The notes beneath the pieces are model-generated. The model was given only the letters and a program-made list of their open reading frames with translations, was not told the DNA's origin and searched no databases. Positions 7,318 through 14,650 of a DNA stretch of 64,000 nucleotides are shown here, piece after piece; the stretch's first letter is position 1; every line of letters begins with the position of its first letter. A program made the position numbers and the translations under genes. The stretch is from Candidatus Micrarchaeota archaeon (GTDB lineage Archaea; Micrarchaeota; Micrarchaeia; Micrarchaeales; CABMGC01): contig JAKASP010000001.1 in assembly GCA_021818995.1 (NCBI GenBank), positions 157,381 through 221,380 on the forward strand, read 5' to 3'.

Positions 7318-8064
7318 CTAGACGTCCCTTCTTTGCGGTAGGGTGCCCATGGCTTCCTTGAGCGATGGTGTCTGGCTCTTCGCGTTGCTGACCACGACCC
7401 CGAACGGCACTTTCTTGCCAGCCTGCACCTTTGACCCCTCGTAAACAACCACCGCGTCCTCGAGTATCGCCCTTGCGCCGATCCTTGCACCTTTGCCGAT
7501 TGTAACCCCGTTTACAAGGCCGTTGATGATAGCTTCCTCGCCTACCACAGCGTCGTCGCTTACCATAGAGTTGCGTATCTCTGCAAGGTCGCGCACCACG
7601 ACCTTGTCCCCTATCTGCACGCCTGGCCCGCCGTCGTACGTGCCCTCTATGTAGACGTTGCGGCCCGTGACCACCCCGTTTCCGAGCTTGGCGTCGAAGA
7701 TGTCGCTTTGCGGTCCTATCGTGCACCCGAAACCCAGATGCACCTCTCCCATGAGCAGCACGCCCCTCTTTATCGTCACGTTGCCCCTCACGAAGACTCC
7801 AGGGCCTATCAGCGCAGTGTAATGCCCGTACACATTCCTGCCTATCTTGGCGCCCTCGCCGACAAGCGGACCTGGGGTGCCGTCCCTGTTCCTGCGTCTC
7901 ACGTAGAATGTGTCTTCGAACGTTACGTTCCTTATCTCGGGGCCAAGCCTCCTGAAGGCGTATGCGCTCTTCAGCTCTAGGGCCTCGCCCTTCTTCAGCT
8001 CGGCGGCTTCTCCTTGCTCTCGCTCTTCAGCCTGCACCTGCCCCGATCTCTGGCGCGTTCCCAC
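7318..8064 (-). CDS. hexapeptide-repeat (left-handed beta-helix) protein, transferase-like
   Basis: The C-terminal 150 aa show repeated [LIV]-G-x-x-x-x hexads (IGPGVFVRGNVTIKRGVLLMGEVHLGFGCTIGPQSDIF...IGDKVVVRDLAEIRNSMVSDDAVVGEEAII). The GTG start is uncertain. Confidence 0.65.
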   Translation of the reverse strand: MGTRQRSGQVQAEEREQGEAAELKKGEALELKSAYAFRRLGPEIRNVTFEDTFYVRRRNRDGTPGPLVGEGAKIGRNVYGHYTALIGPGVFVRGNVTIKRGVLLMGEVHLGFGCTIGPQSDIFDAKLGNGVVTGRNVYIEGTYDGGPGVQIGDKVVVRDLAEIRNSMVSDDAVVGEEAIINGLVNGVTIGKGARIGARAILEDAVVVYEGSKVQAGKKVPFGVVVSNAKSQTPSLKEAMGTLPQRRDV

Positions 8065-8152
8065 CCTTCTGCTTCTTCTCCCGATTATAAATATCTTGCG
8101 TACGGGCGCGCCTGCCTGACAATCCTATTAATTGCATTTGCGATATGCTAGC

Positions 8153-8986
8153 ATGCTGAGGATCGGCTACCATGTCTCGATAAGCGGGAGCATGGACCTT
8201 GCCCTCGACCGGGCGCGAGAGATAGGGTGTACGTGCGTGCAGGTCTTTCCGAGCAATCCGCGCAGTTGGAGCGCGAGGGAGATGCAGGAAGGCGAGGCTG
8301 AAAGGTTCAGGGCTAAGCAGAAGGCGTATAACATAAGCCCTGTCTTCGTGCACATGCCGTACCTACCGAACCTCGCATCGCCCAAGGAAGACGTTTACAG
8401 GAAATCGATCGCGGCTATGATCGAAGCGCTGGAGAGGTGCAACGCGCTCGGCGCCAAATATCTGATAGTGCATCTCGGCAGCCACCTGGGATCAGGGGTC
8501 GAGGCCGGGAGGGAGCGCGTCTCTGCCGCGATAAACGAGGTCGAGAAGCACATGGGCAACGCGACGATACTCCTTGAGAACGAGGCTGGACAGAGGAACA
8601 GCGTTGGCTCAAAGCTGGACGAGCTGACCGACATATACAACAGGATAGAGCACAAGCATGTGGGCTTCTGCCTCGACACCTGCCACGTCTTCGCGGCAGG
8701 ATACGACATAAGGAAGGAGGAGGTGGCCAGGGAGGTGGTCGAGACTCTGGGCATAGACCGGATAGGCTGCATACACCTCAATGACGCAAAGCATCCACTG
8801 GGCTCTGGGCTGGACAGGCACGCTGACATAGGCTTCGGCCGTATAGGCAAGAAGGGCTTCGAGGAATTCTTCTCGCTGCCTGGGCTGAGGGAGAAGCCGA
8901 TGATACTCGAGACTCCGCTTGTGGAGACGCCGAAGGACGCTGCAGGCGAGCTCTCGATGGTGAGGAAGATGCTGAACTACGCCTAG
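8153..8986 (+). CDS. nfo: endonuclease IV (AP endonuclease)
   Basis: MLRIGYHVSISG...VFVHMPYLPNLASP...YLIVHLGSH...ILLENEAG...GFCLDTCHVFAAGYD...IHLNDAK...GSGLDRHADIG match the Nfo TIM-barrel metal-ligand motifs. The ORF-track start at 8132 is TTG, so the ATG at 8153 is preferred. Confidence 0.9.
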   Translation: MLRIGYHVSISGSMDLALDRAREIGCTCVQVFPSNPRSWSAREMQEGEAERFRAKQKAYNISPVFVHMPYLPNLASPKEDVYRKSIAAMIEALERCNALGAKYLIVHLGSHLGSGVEAGRERVSAAINEVEKHMGNATILLENEAGQRNSVGSKLDELTDIYNRIEHKHVGFCLDTCHVFAAGYDIRKEEVAREVVETLGIDRIGCIHLNDAKHPLGSGLDRHADIGFGRIGKKGFEEFFSLPGLREKPMILETPLVETPKDAAGELSMVRKMLNYA

Positions 8987-9633
8987 AGCGTGTCGCAGCC
9001 GAGGGCCAGTCTGCCGCCGAGGCCGTTTGGCATCATTGCGAAGTAGAACGTCTGCTCGAATCCTGTCCTGGGCGCGCTCCTCATCTGCATCGTGGTCATG
9101 CTTGCTATGAAGATGTACTGCACCTTCTCTGTTCCTGCCTTGGTCTCTGAGCTGAGCGCCAATTCCATGTTCCTGGCCAGGGTGTCGGTGATGTCCTTTG
9201 CGGAGTTCAGCGCCTGCTCGGAGCGAAGGCCGCGGCCAAGCATGCGGAGCTCGTCGCGCTCCAGTCCCATGCTCCCCTCGCATTCGCACTTCTCGAGCCT
9301 AAGCTCATAGTCGTGCATGAAGTTGACCATCGTCGCCTCGGTCTGCATCCTTATCCTGTTGCCGCTTACCCCGAAGTAGCTGACCTTCACACGGATCTGG
9401 TCAGGCCTCATTATCTCCGTGTTCGCAAGCACGAATGCGCCTATGTTTAGGCCGTGCATCTTCAGCTCGTCCTTTGTGTAGATGAGCGCCGGGGTCGTCT
9501 CCTTCCTCTGCGCCTCTATCAATTCCATCAGGTCGCTCCGCGCGAGGTAGCGCTCCCTGCGCACCGCGTCAGTGAGCAGTATGCTGCCTCCGCTTGGCAT
9601 CGAGAGGTCCTTTGTCAGCTCATTTCCCTTCAT
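8983..9633 (-). CDS. hypothetical protein, paralog of 9642-10313
   Basis: 216-aa ORF, 8 nt downstream of its paralog. Shared pieces include L-L-T-D-A-V-R-R versus I-M-S-D-A-A-R-K near the N-terminus, IRVKVSYF versus IEVKAAYD, and YIFIASM versus YLFVFKK. No family recognised. Confidence 0.55.
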   Translation of the reverse strand: MKGNELTKDLSMPSGGSILLTDAVRRERYLARSDLMELIEAQRKETTPALIYTKDELKMHGLNIGAFVLANTEIMRPDQIRVKVSYFGVSGNRIRMQTEATMVNFMHDYELRLEKCECEGSMGLERDELRMLGRGLRSEQALNSAKDITDTLARNMELALSSETKAGTEKVQYIFIASMTTMQMRSAPRTGFEQTFYFAMMPNGLGGRLALGCDTL

Positions 9634-9641
9634 AAGAACAC

Positions 9642-10313
9642 TCAGCTGCGGAGCACGCCCAGCTCCCCGCGTTGCGGCTTCTGCTTCTTGAAGACGAAGA
9701 GGTACTCCTGCCTGCCGGCCTCGTTCTCATTCTCCGATTCCGATGCCAAGGCGTAACCGTAGAGCTCCCTTCCTATGCCCCTCGCTACTGTCTTTGCCAT
9801 CAGCTCCACTGGATCTTCGCTGGAATCGAGCATCGTGCTGGAAAGCTCCGTCTTGTCCACCACTGTAGTCGGCAGGTATGTGGTACTGTCGAGCTCTTGG
9901 TGGGTGTCGACGAATACTGCCTCGACCCACAGGTCCTCGATCTTGACCGTGCAGTTCTTCTCGTTGCTGACCATCATGGGAGAGAAGCTCATGCACATTC
10001 CTGTCTGCACGGTTCTGCCATCGCCGTTGTGCGGGTCGGAAGGGTCGTACGCTGCCTTGACCTCTATGCTGTCGGCATCCATGACATAAGCTATGTGCCT
10101 CGCTATCGCGGCCCCTATCGCCCTCCCCTGCTCCCTGAGCCTGTCCTGGGTCGTGACCTCCTGCGGCACATTGGCCCCTGCGGTAAGCAGAGCCGAGTAC
10201 ATGCGCCCTAGCTCCTTATCACTCACCTTGAAGAAGTCCTTGCGCGCTGCGTCGCTCATTATTATTGGCAGCATAGCCCTGCCGTTCGCGCGCCTGAGGC
10301 TCTCCCCGGCCAT
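9642..10313 (-). CDS. hypothetical protein, paralog of 8983-9633
   Basis: 223-aa ORF with protein-like composition. The antisense and overlapping ORFs (9672-10211 and others) are Arg/Leu/His-biased. No family recognised. Confidence 0.55.
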   Translation of the reverse strand: MAGESLRRANGRAMLPIIMSDAARKDFFKVSDKELGRMYSALLTAGANVPQEVTTQDRLREQGRAIGAAIARHIAYVMDADSIEVKAAYDPSDPHNGDGRTVQTGMCMSFSPMMVSNEKNCTVKIEDLWVEAVFVDTHQELDSTTYLPTTVVDKTELSSTMLDSSEDPVELMAKTVARGIGRELYGYALASESENENEAGRQEYLFVFKKQKPQRGELGVLRS

Positions 10314-10417
10314 CTAAGCATCTGAAAAAGCTTGGGCGATAGCATTTAAATAAATTGGTTTTAGCTAAGTTGCTCGGTGCCAGCGGGTACCCTTGCCTTA
10401 TGAGAAGTCGGATTCCT

Positions 10418-11071
10418 TCAGTTCCACCAGTTCTCGTCAAAGATGGGAACGTCGAGTGGCAGCGTCTTCGCCTCGTCGCCCTTGAGCTTTCCGTTCCACG
10501 CGACGGCCCTGTTGCCCATCATCTGGTATATGGGCCCTGAATAGTCGAGCGTGGTCTTGAGCGTGTAGCCTATCGTTGCGTAGGTTATGCCAGTAGTGTG
10601 AAGCACGTCCACGAGCAGAAGCGGTGCTTGCGCATTCCTCTCCAGCACGCGTATGTGCTCGCTCATGGCGAAAATCTTCTCGGTCATGCTAGTTCGGTCT
10701 GAGAAGTGCCGGCGCGCGTGCAGTCCAGAGGAGTAGCCTATCAGAACGTTGCGCTTCGCGATGCCCGCAGCCTCAAGTGGCGGCAGTATCCATCTCTGGT
10801 TGTATGCGCCGGTCATCACAATGGCGACAGTCATGTCCTGCGGCAGTTCCCTGTGGTTGAGCGGCTTCGGTACGAAAGGCTCGGTCAAGTCCTGCATCAC
10901 CAGCGCCGTATCCATGCTCTTCCTGAATGCGGCTTTGATTGCATTGCGCGACTCGCGTGATGTTTCAGGGTCGAAGAGCGTGACCCACGCCGATACTTCG
11001 TTGTCAAGCTGGCCGTTGCTGTATAGGCCAGGCGTGTGGCCTTTCCGTGTGTTGGCTTCAGAGTGTAGCAT
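10418..11071 (-). CDS. hypothetical protein with a phosphoribosyltransferase-like loop
   Basis: 217 aa. The segment APLLLVDVLHTTGITYATI resembles the PRPP-binding loop of type I PRTases (hydrophobic x4-D-D-x-x-x-T-G-x-T), but with only one Asp. This is weak, motif-level evidence. Confidence 0.45.
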   Translation of the reverse strand: MLHSEANTRKGHTPGLYSNGQLDNEVSAWVTLFDPETSRESRNAIKAAFRKSMDTALVMQDLTEPFVPKPLNHRELPQDMTVAIVMTGAYNQRWILPPLEAAGIAKRNVLIGYSSGLHARRHFSDRTSMTEKIFAMSEHIRVLERNAQAPLLLVDVLHTTGITYATIGYTLKTTLDYSGPIYQMMGNRAVAWNGKLKGDEAKTLPLDVPIFDENWWN

Positions 11072-11085
11072 AGGATCGACTTTGT

Positions 11086-11553
11086 TCAGCCCCAGACGCA
11101 GACTCGCTTACCGCTCCTTTTGAGAACGCGCAGCGATTCGTTATCGCGCTCGTAGCCGTTAGCAGACACAACCTTGTCAAACGCCCCGTCCACGAACGGC
11201 AGGCGCCTGTTGTCCGCCACTATGAAGTTTGGTTTTGGCTTGCTCTCACGGCGCAGCACTCCTGAGAGCCGCTTGTTCGACTTTATCAGGTGCCTCTGCC
11301 AGTCGACCAGGACGAGGTCTCCCTGGTTGTAGAGCCTGTGGAACGGGAATGCGCCTGCGCCGAGCTCGAGCGTCAGGTCCCTGCTGGACGGCTTGGCCTC
11401 GTCCCTTATCTTGATGTATGCTGATACCCTGTCTACGAGTATGGGAGGCAGGACTACTGAGAGGAGCGGCCATACGGCCCCGTGGAAGAGCTTTGATGGC
11501 CTATCGTGGACCCTGTTGTCCACTACCCTGCACTCCAGCGCCAGTTCTGACAT
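11086..11553 (-). CDS. minimal class I SAM-dependent methyltransferase-like protein
   Basis: 155 aa. LELGAGAFPF is motif I-like, LVLVD resembles the acidic end of beta-2, and IVADNRRLPFVDGAFDKVVS plus LRVLKRSGKRV resemble the typical Methyltransf_11-like core. It lies 14 nt upstream of the PRTase-like gene. Confidence 0.5.
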   Translation of the reverse strand: MSELALECRVVDNRVHDRPSKLFHGAVWPLLSVVLPPILVDRVSAYIKIRDEAKPSSRDLTLELGAGAFPFHRLYNQGDLVLVDWQRHLIKSNKRLSGVLRRESKPKPNFIVADNRRLPFVDGAFDKVVSANGYERDNESLRVLKRSGKRVCVWG

Positions 11554-11609
11554 AATTCTGTGATTCTTTTCCGGCTTATTTAAGCGTTGACGTTATCGTT
11601 CGTTAGGTA

Positions 11610-12365
11610 TCAAGGATTGTACGATGAGTAGCGCTCCCGCTTTTCCCTCTCCTCGTTGGCGATGTCCCTGCGCTCCTTATCTTCAGCTGTGCGATCGCTT
11701 GCGACACCCATAGCAAACGATATTGCTGCAGTTCTCTGGTCCTCTTTCTCTTTCTCCTTCTGTTGGCGCCGTCTGTCTTTCTCAGCTTCGAGCTCTCTTC
11801 TGGCTTCAAGTATTTTGGATAGCTCTTCTGAGTTTCTTTTTTCTACAAGCTTAACCTCGCGGTCCAGTATCTCGAGCATCTTGTCTTGATCAATTCCAGG
11901 CCTGTCAATGAAGGCGAACCTGGCTTTGAGTATAGTGCGGATCTCAATTGCGTGAAGCCAGAGATAACCTTCGTTGTAACCGAAGTCTTTAGCATGATAG
12001 TGTGGTTCTGCCGCGAGTGCAAATTCTTTTGATTCTACGGCACCAGCTGAAACTATCAGCCGTTGTTCCAACGGCAGTTCGTTAAATGCAGGTTCATACG
12101 CTTTTTTTGCAGCCAGAGTTATTTTTACCTCAGTACTTTCCCCCGAGTCCGTTCTGTCTATTCTATAGAAGCCGTTAGCCGACGGTATGGATGAATCCCT
12201 AGATACCCATATGGATTGGTCTTTAAGCATTTTGAACTCTTCGGGTCTACGCAACCAGCCGACTAGCTCGGGGAGTGTTATCAGAGATGCGTTGCTCTCT
12301 CTTAGCACCGCTTCTAGCGAAGAGAACGGGATTGGAAGTTTGGATACTTTTACGACCATAGACAT
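11610..12365 (-). CDS. hypothetical protein, short member of a tandem paralog pair with a charged tail ending YNP
   Basis: 251 aa. The N-terminal roughly 170 aa align clearly with residues 128 onward of the upstream gene (KLPIPFSSLEAVLRESNASLITLPELVGWLR / RVPIPFSSVESVLRAGSASLITLPELLNWLR). The C-terminal E/R/K-rich tail ends ...YSSYNP. Confidence 0.6.
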   Translation of the reverse strand: MSMVVKVSKLPIPFSSLEAVLRESNASLITLPELVGWLRRPEEFKMLKDQSIWVSRDSSIPSANGFYRIDRTDSGESTEVKITLAAKKAYEPAFNELPLEQRLIVSAGAVESKEFALAAEPHYHAKDFGYNEGYLWLHAIEIRTILKARFAFIDRPGIDQDKMLEILDREVKLVEKRNSEELSKILEARRELEAEKDRRRQQKEKEKEDQRTAAISFAMGVASDRTAEDKERRDIANEEREKRERYSSYNP

Positions 12366-12428
12366 GCCTTCTTCTGATCATCTTCAATTTTTGTTCATTA
12401 AAGCGTTGGTGTGATAGCGCGTCAGACA

Positions 12429-13547
12429 TTATGGGTTGTACGGCGGGTGGTAGTACTCGTCGATCTCTCGCTTTTGTCTCTCTTCCTTTGCGGTCTCCCT
12501 GCGCGCCCAGTCATCGTTGAACCTGTCTGCAATAATTTCGCGATCTCGCTGTCTTGCCGCGTCTTCCGCTCTTCTTTCATACGCCTCCCTGCGACTCTCG
12601 CGCTCTTCAGCTTTGCGAGTTTCCTCCTCTTCTGAAAGTGTAACCTCTCGTTCTAGCACCCTGAGCATCCTATCCTGAGCGGGGCCGGGCTTGTCAACAA
12701 AGGCAAATTTGGCTTTGCCATATACTTCTGTTCCGAGCGAGAAATACCCATGAGGGATTAAGTTTTTCCTGAAGATGCCTATGTTTCTAAGGGAATAGTT
12801 TGGCTTAAGCGAGAGCGGAAATTCTTTGGAAGAGTTAACGATTTTCAGAACCTCCAATCGCTGCTCTAAGGGCAGGCGGAGGAATCCGTTCTGGTAGCTC
12901 TTGTCTGAAATCTTTGTTATGCGCACTTCAGGAATCTCCTCTGTGTCTATCCTGTCTATTCTGAAGAAACCAGGAACCGAAGGTATTGATGAGTCCCTGG
13001 CCACCCATATGGCCTGATCGTTGAGAGCTTCAAGATCTTGGGAGCTGCGCAGCCAGTTTAGCAGCTCGGGAAGCGTTATAAGAGACGCACTTCCCGCTCT
13101 CAGTACGGACTCAACAGAAGAGAATGGAATCGGGACCCTTGATAGCGTTATGGTTTTTGTTTGCATACGCGCTTCGCCTTCCCTATTTGAGCCACGGAGG
13201 TATGGTGCCGAGGCGCCTGCCGGTAGGCCTTGTGTAACATCAATCTCCTTGTGCTGCACATCCACGGCTATAGCAGTGGATCTTATCAGCCGGTTCAAAG
13301 CGCTTAACTGGTCTTGAAGTCCGTCTATTACCGAGTCCGTTTTCAATATGCCCTGCTTCTTCGCGATTGCTGCGGCTTTGAAGATGGTAGTTGTTTCGTC
13401 GTTGATTTCCCGTATAGATTCGTTGATGTGTTGCGTGTATTTCGATCTTTGCGAGCTCTTGAGCGCTTCCAGTCGTTTTATGTTTGCAGAGGTTCTTTCT
13501 CTAAGACACGATGTGAGCTCTGCTTCGCTGAAACCACCTAGCATCAC
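12429..13547 (-). CDS. hypothetical protein, long member of the tandem paralog pair
   Basis: 372 aa. It has an extra roughly 125-aa helical N-terminal extension, then the shared domain, then an E/R/K-rich tail ending ...YHPPYNP. The DNA is visibly more AT-rich than its neighbours. Confidence 0.6.
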   Translation of the reverse strand: MMLGGFSEAELTSCLRERTSANIKRLEALKSSQRSKYTQHINESIREINDETTTIFKAAAIAKKQGILKTDSVIDGLQDQLSALNRLIRSTAIAVDVQHKEIDVTQGLPAGASAPYLRGSNREGEARMQTKTITLSRVPIPFSSVESVLRAGSASLITLPELLNWLRSSQDLEALNDQAIWVARDSSIPSVPGFFRIDRIDTEEIPEVRITKISDKSYQNGFLRLPLEQRLEVLKIVNSSKEFPLSLKPNYSLRNIGIFRKNLIPHGYFSLGTEVYGKAKFAFVDKPGPAQDRMLRVLEREVTLSEEEETRKAEERESRREAYERRAEDAARQRDREIIADRFNDDWARRETAKEERQKREIDEYYHPPYNP

Positions 13548-13647
13548 CTTCTTCAGGAATGCGGTTCTGTCTTCTCTGGAAAGCTCTTTTTCAGGAACAT
13601 TCTCACCTATCGTGCTTGGTTTTGTCTGTTTTTAAGGATTGGTGTTA

Positions 13648-14622
13648 TCAGCTGGTTTCGGAGGCGGTGTTGTTCACGTGCGTGAGCACAGGCACCGAGC
13701 TCATGTTGTAGTACACCTGTATGTGCGCTGTCTGCAGCGGAGTCGCCTGGCTGCCCGGATGGTATGCGACCCAGAGTATGCCGTTGAAGGGGGCCGATGC
13801 GCTGCTTACGCCGAAGCACGGCAGGTCCTTGGCGCTTATGGGCGACGATGCGGTTATGGAAGTGCCATATTGCCCCTGACTGAAGGTGCCGTTCGCCTGC
13901 AGGTAGTAGAACTGGCTCTTCGGCGGCGCTGCGAGGCTGAAGGTGTTCGTGCACGCCAGGTCGAGGTTGTAGAGCGTGTCGTTGGTGTCGTTAGATGAGA
14001 GCGTGAAGGAGAGGTTCGCCGGGGCTGAGAGCACGGGATTCTGGCACTGGAACGGCTGGTCGAGCTCTATGGTTGAGCAGCCCGAGTAAGTCAGTATCGT
14101 AGTTGTGAGAGTGCTGGTGGTGACGGTCGTGGCTATTGTGCTCGTGGTGTTGAGTGATGTGGTTGTCGTGCTCGCCGGCGCTATCTGCGCCCCGCCATTT
14201 ATCCCGAAGAATACCAGCGCACTGACTATCGCTATTATCGCTATCGCGAGCAGGTAGACGTTCTGCTCGATTCTGCGCCTCTGGCCCCTCTTCATGTTGA
14301 AGATTATGTACAGGGTGAGGAGCGCGAAGATCAGGTTGAAGGTGAGCTCCGCGATGCTGATGGTTCCGGTGAACACGAAGATCACGGAGAGGATTGCGTA
14401 GCCGGCCGCGAATGCGAGCTGCTCGTCGACAAGCGGGGCCACAAGGCCCACGACCACTATCACGAGCGCGAGGCTTGACAGCGAGGCTATTCCGGTGAGA
14501 GCGATGATGCCCGTTCCCTGGAGCAGTTCGATCAGCTGGCTGATGAATGCGATGAACAGGCCGGCGGCGAACTCCTTGTAGCTCTCCTGCATTCCGTGCT
14601 TCATCCTGCTTGGTGCCTTCAT
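13648..14622 (-). CDS. polytopic membrane protein with a Thr-rich linker and an extracellular sequon-rich domain
   Basis: 324 aa with about five N-terminal hydrophobic helices. A linker ASTTTTSLNTTSTIATTVTTSTLTTT follows, and then a Cys-containing domain with many N-x-S/T sequons. Confidence 0.6.
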   Translation of the reverse strand: MKAPSRMKHGMQESYKEFAAGLFIAFISQLIELLQGTGIIALTGIASLSSLALVIVVVGLVAPLVDEQLAFAAGYAILSVIFVFTGTISIAELTFNLIFALLTLYIIFNMKRGQRRRIEQNVYLLAIAIIAIVSALVFFGINGGAQIAPASTTTTSLNTTSTIATTVTTSTLTTTILTYSGCSTIELDQPFQCQNPVLSAPANLSFTLSSNDTNDTLYNLDLACTNTFSLAAPPKSQFYYLQANGTFSQGQYGTSITASSPISAKDLPCFGVSSASAPFNGILWVAYHPGSQATPLQTAHIQVYYNMSSVPVLTHVNNTASETS

Positions 14623-14650
14623 GTAATGCGTCGCCTGTTACGGTGTTTGT

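Noticed and set aside
6581-7726. 381-aa minus-strand ORF spanning two annotated genes
   Set aside because: It is extremely Arg/Gly/His/Pro-rich and antisense to the well-behaved ORFs 6431-7312 and 7318-8064. This is typical of a spurious open frame in GC-rich coding DNA.
14090-14175. Repetitive gtgg/tggt-rich stretch
   Set aside because: It is the Thr-codon-rich linker (TTTTSLNTTSTIATTVTTSTLTTT) of the membrane glycoprotein, not an independent DNA repeat.
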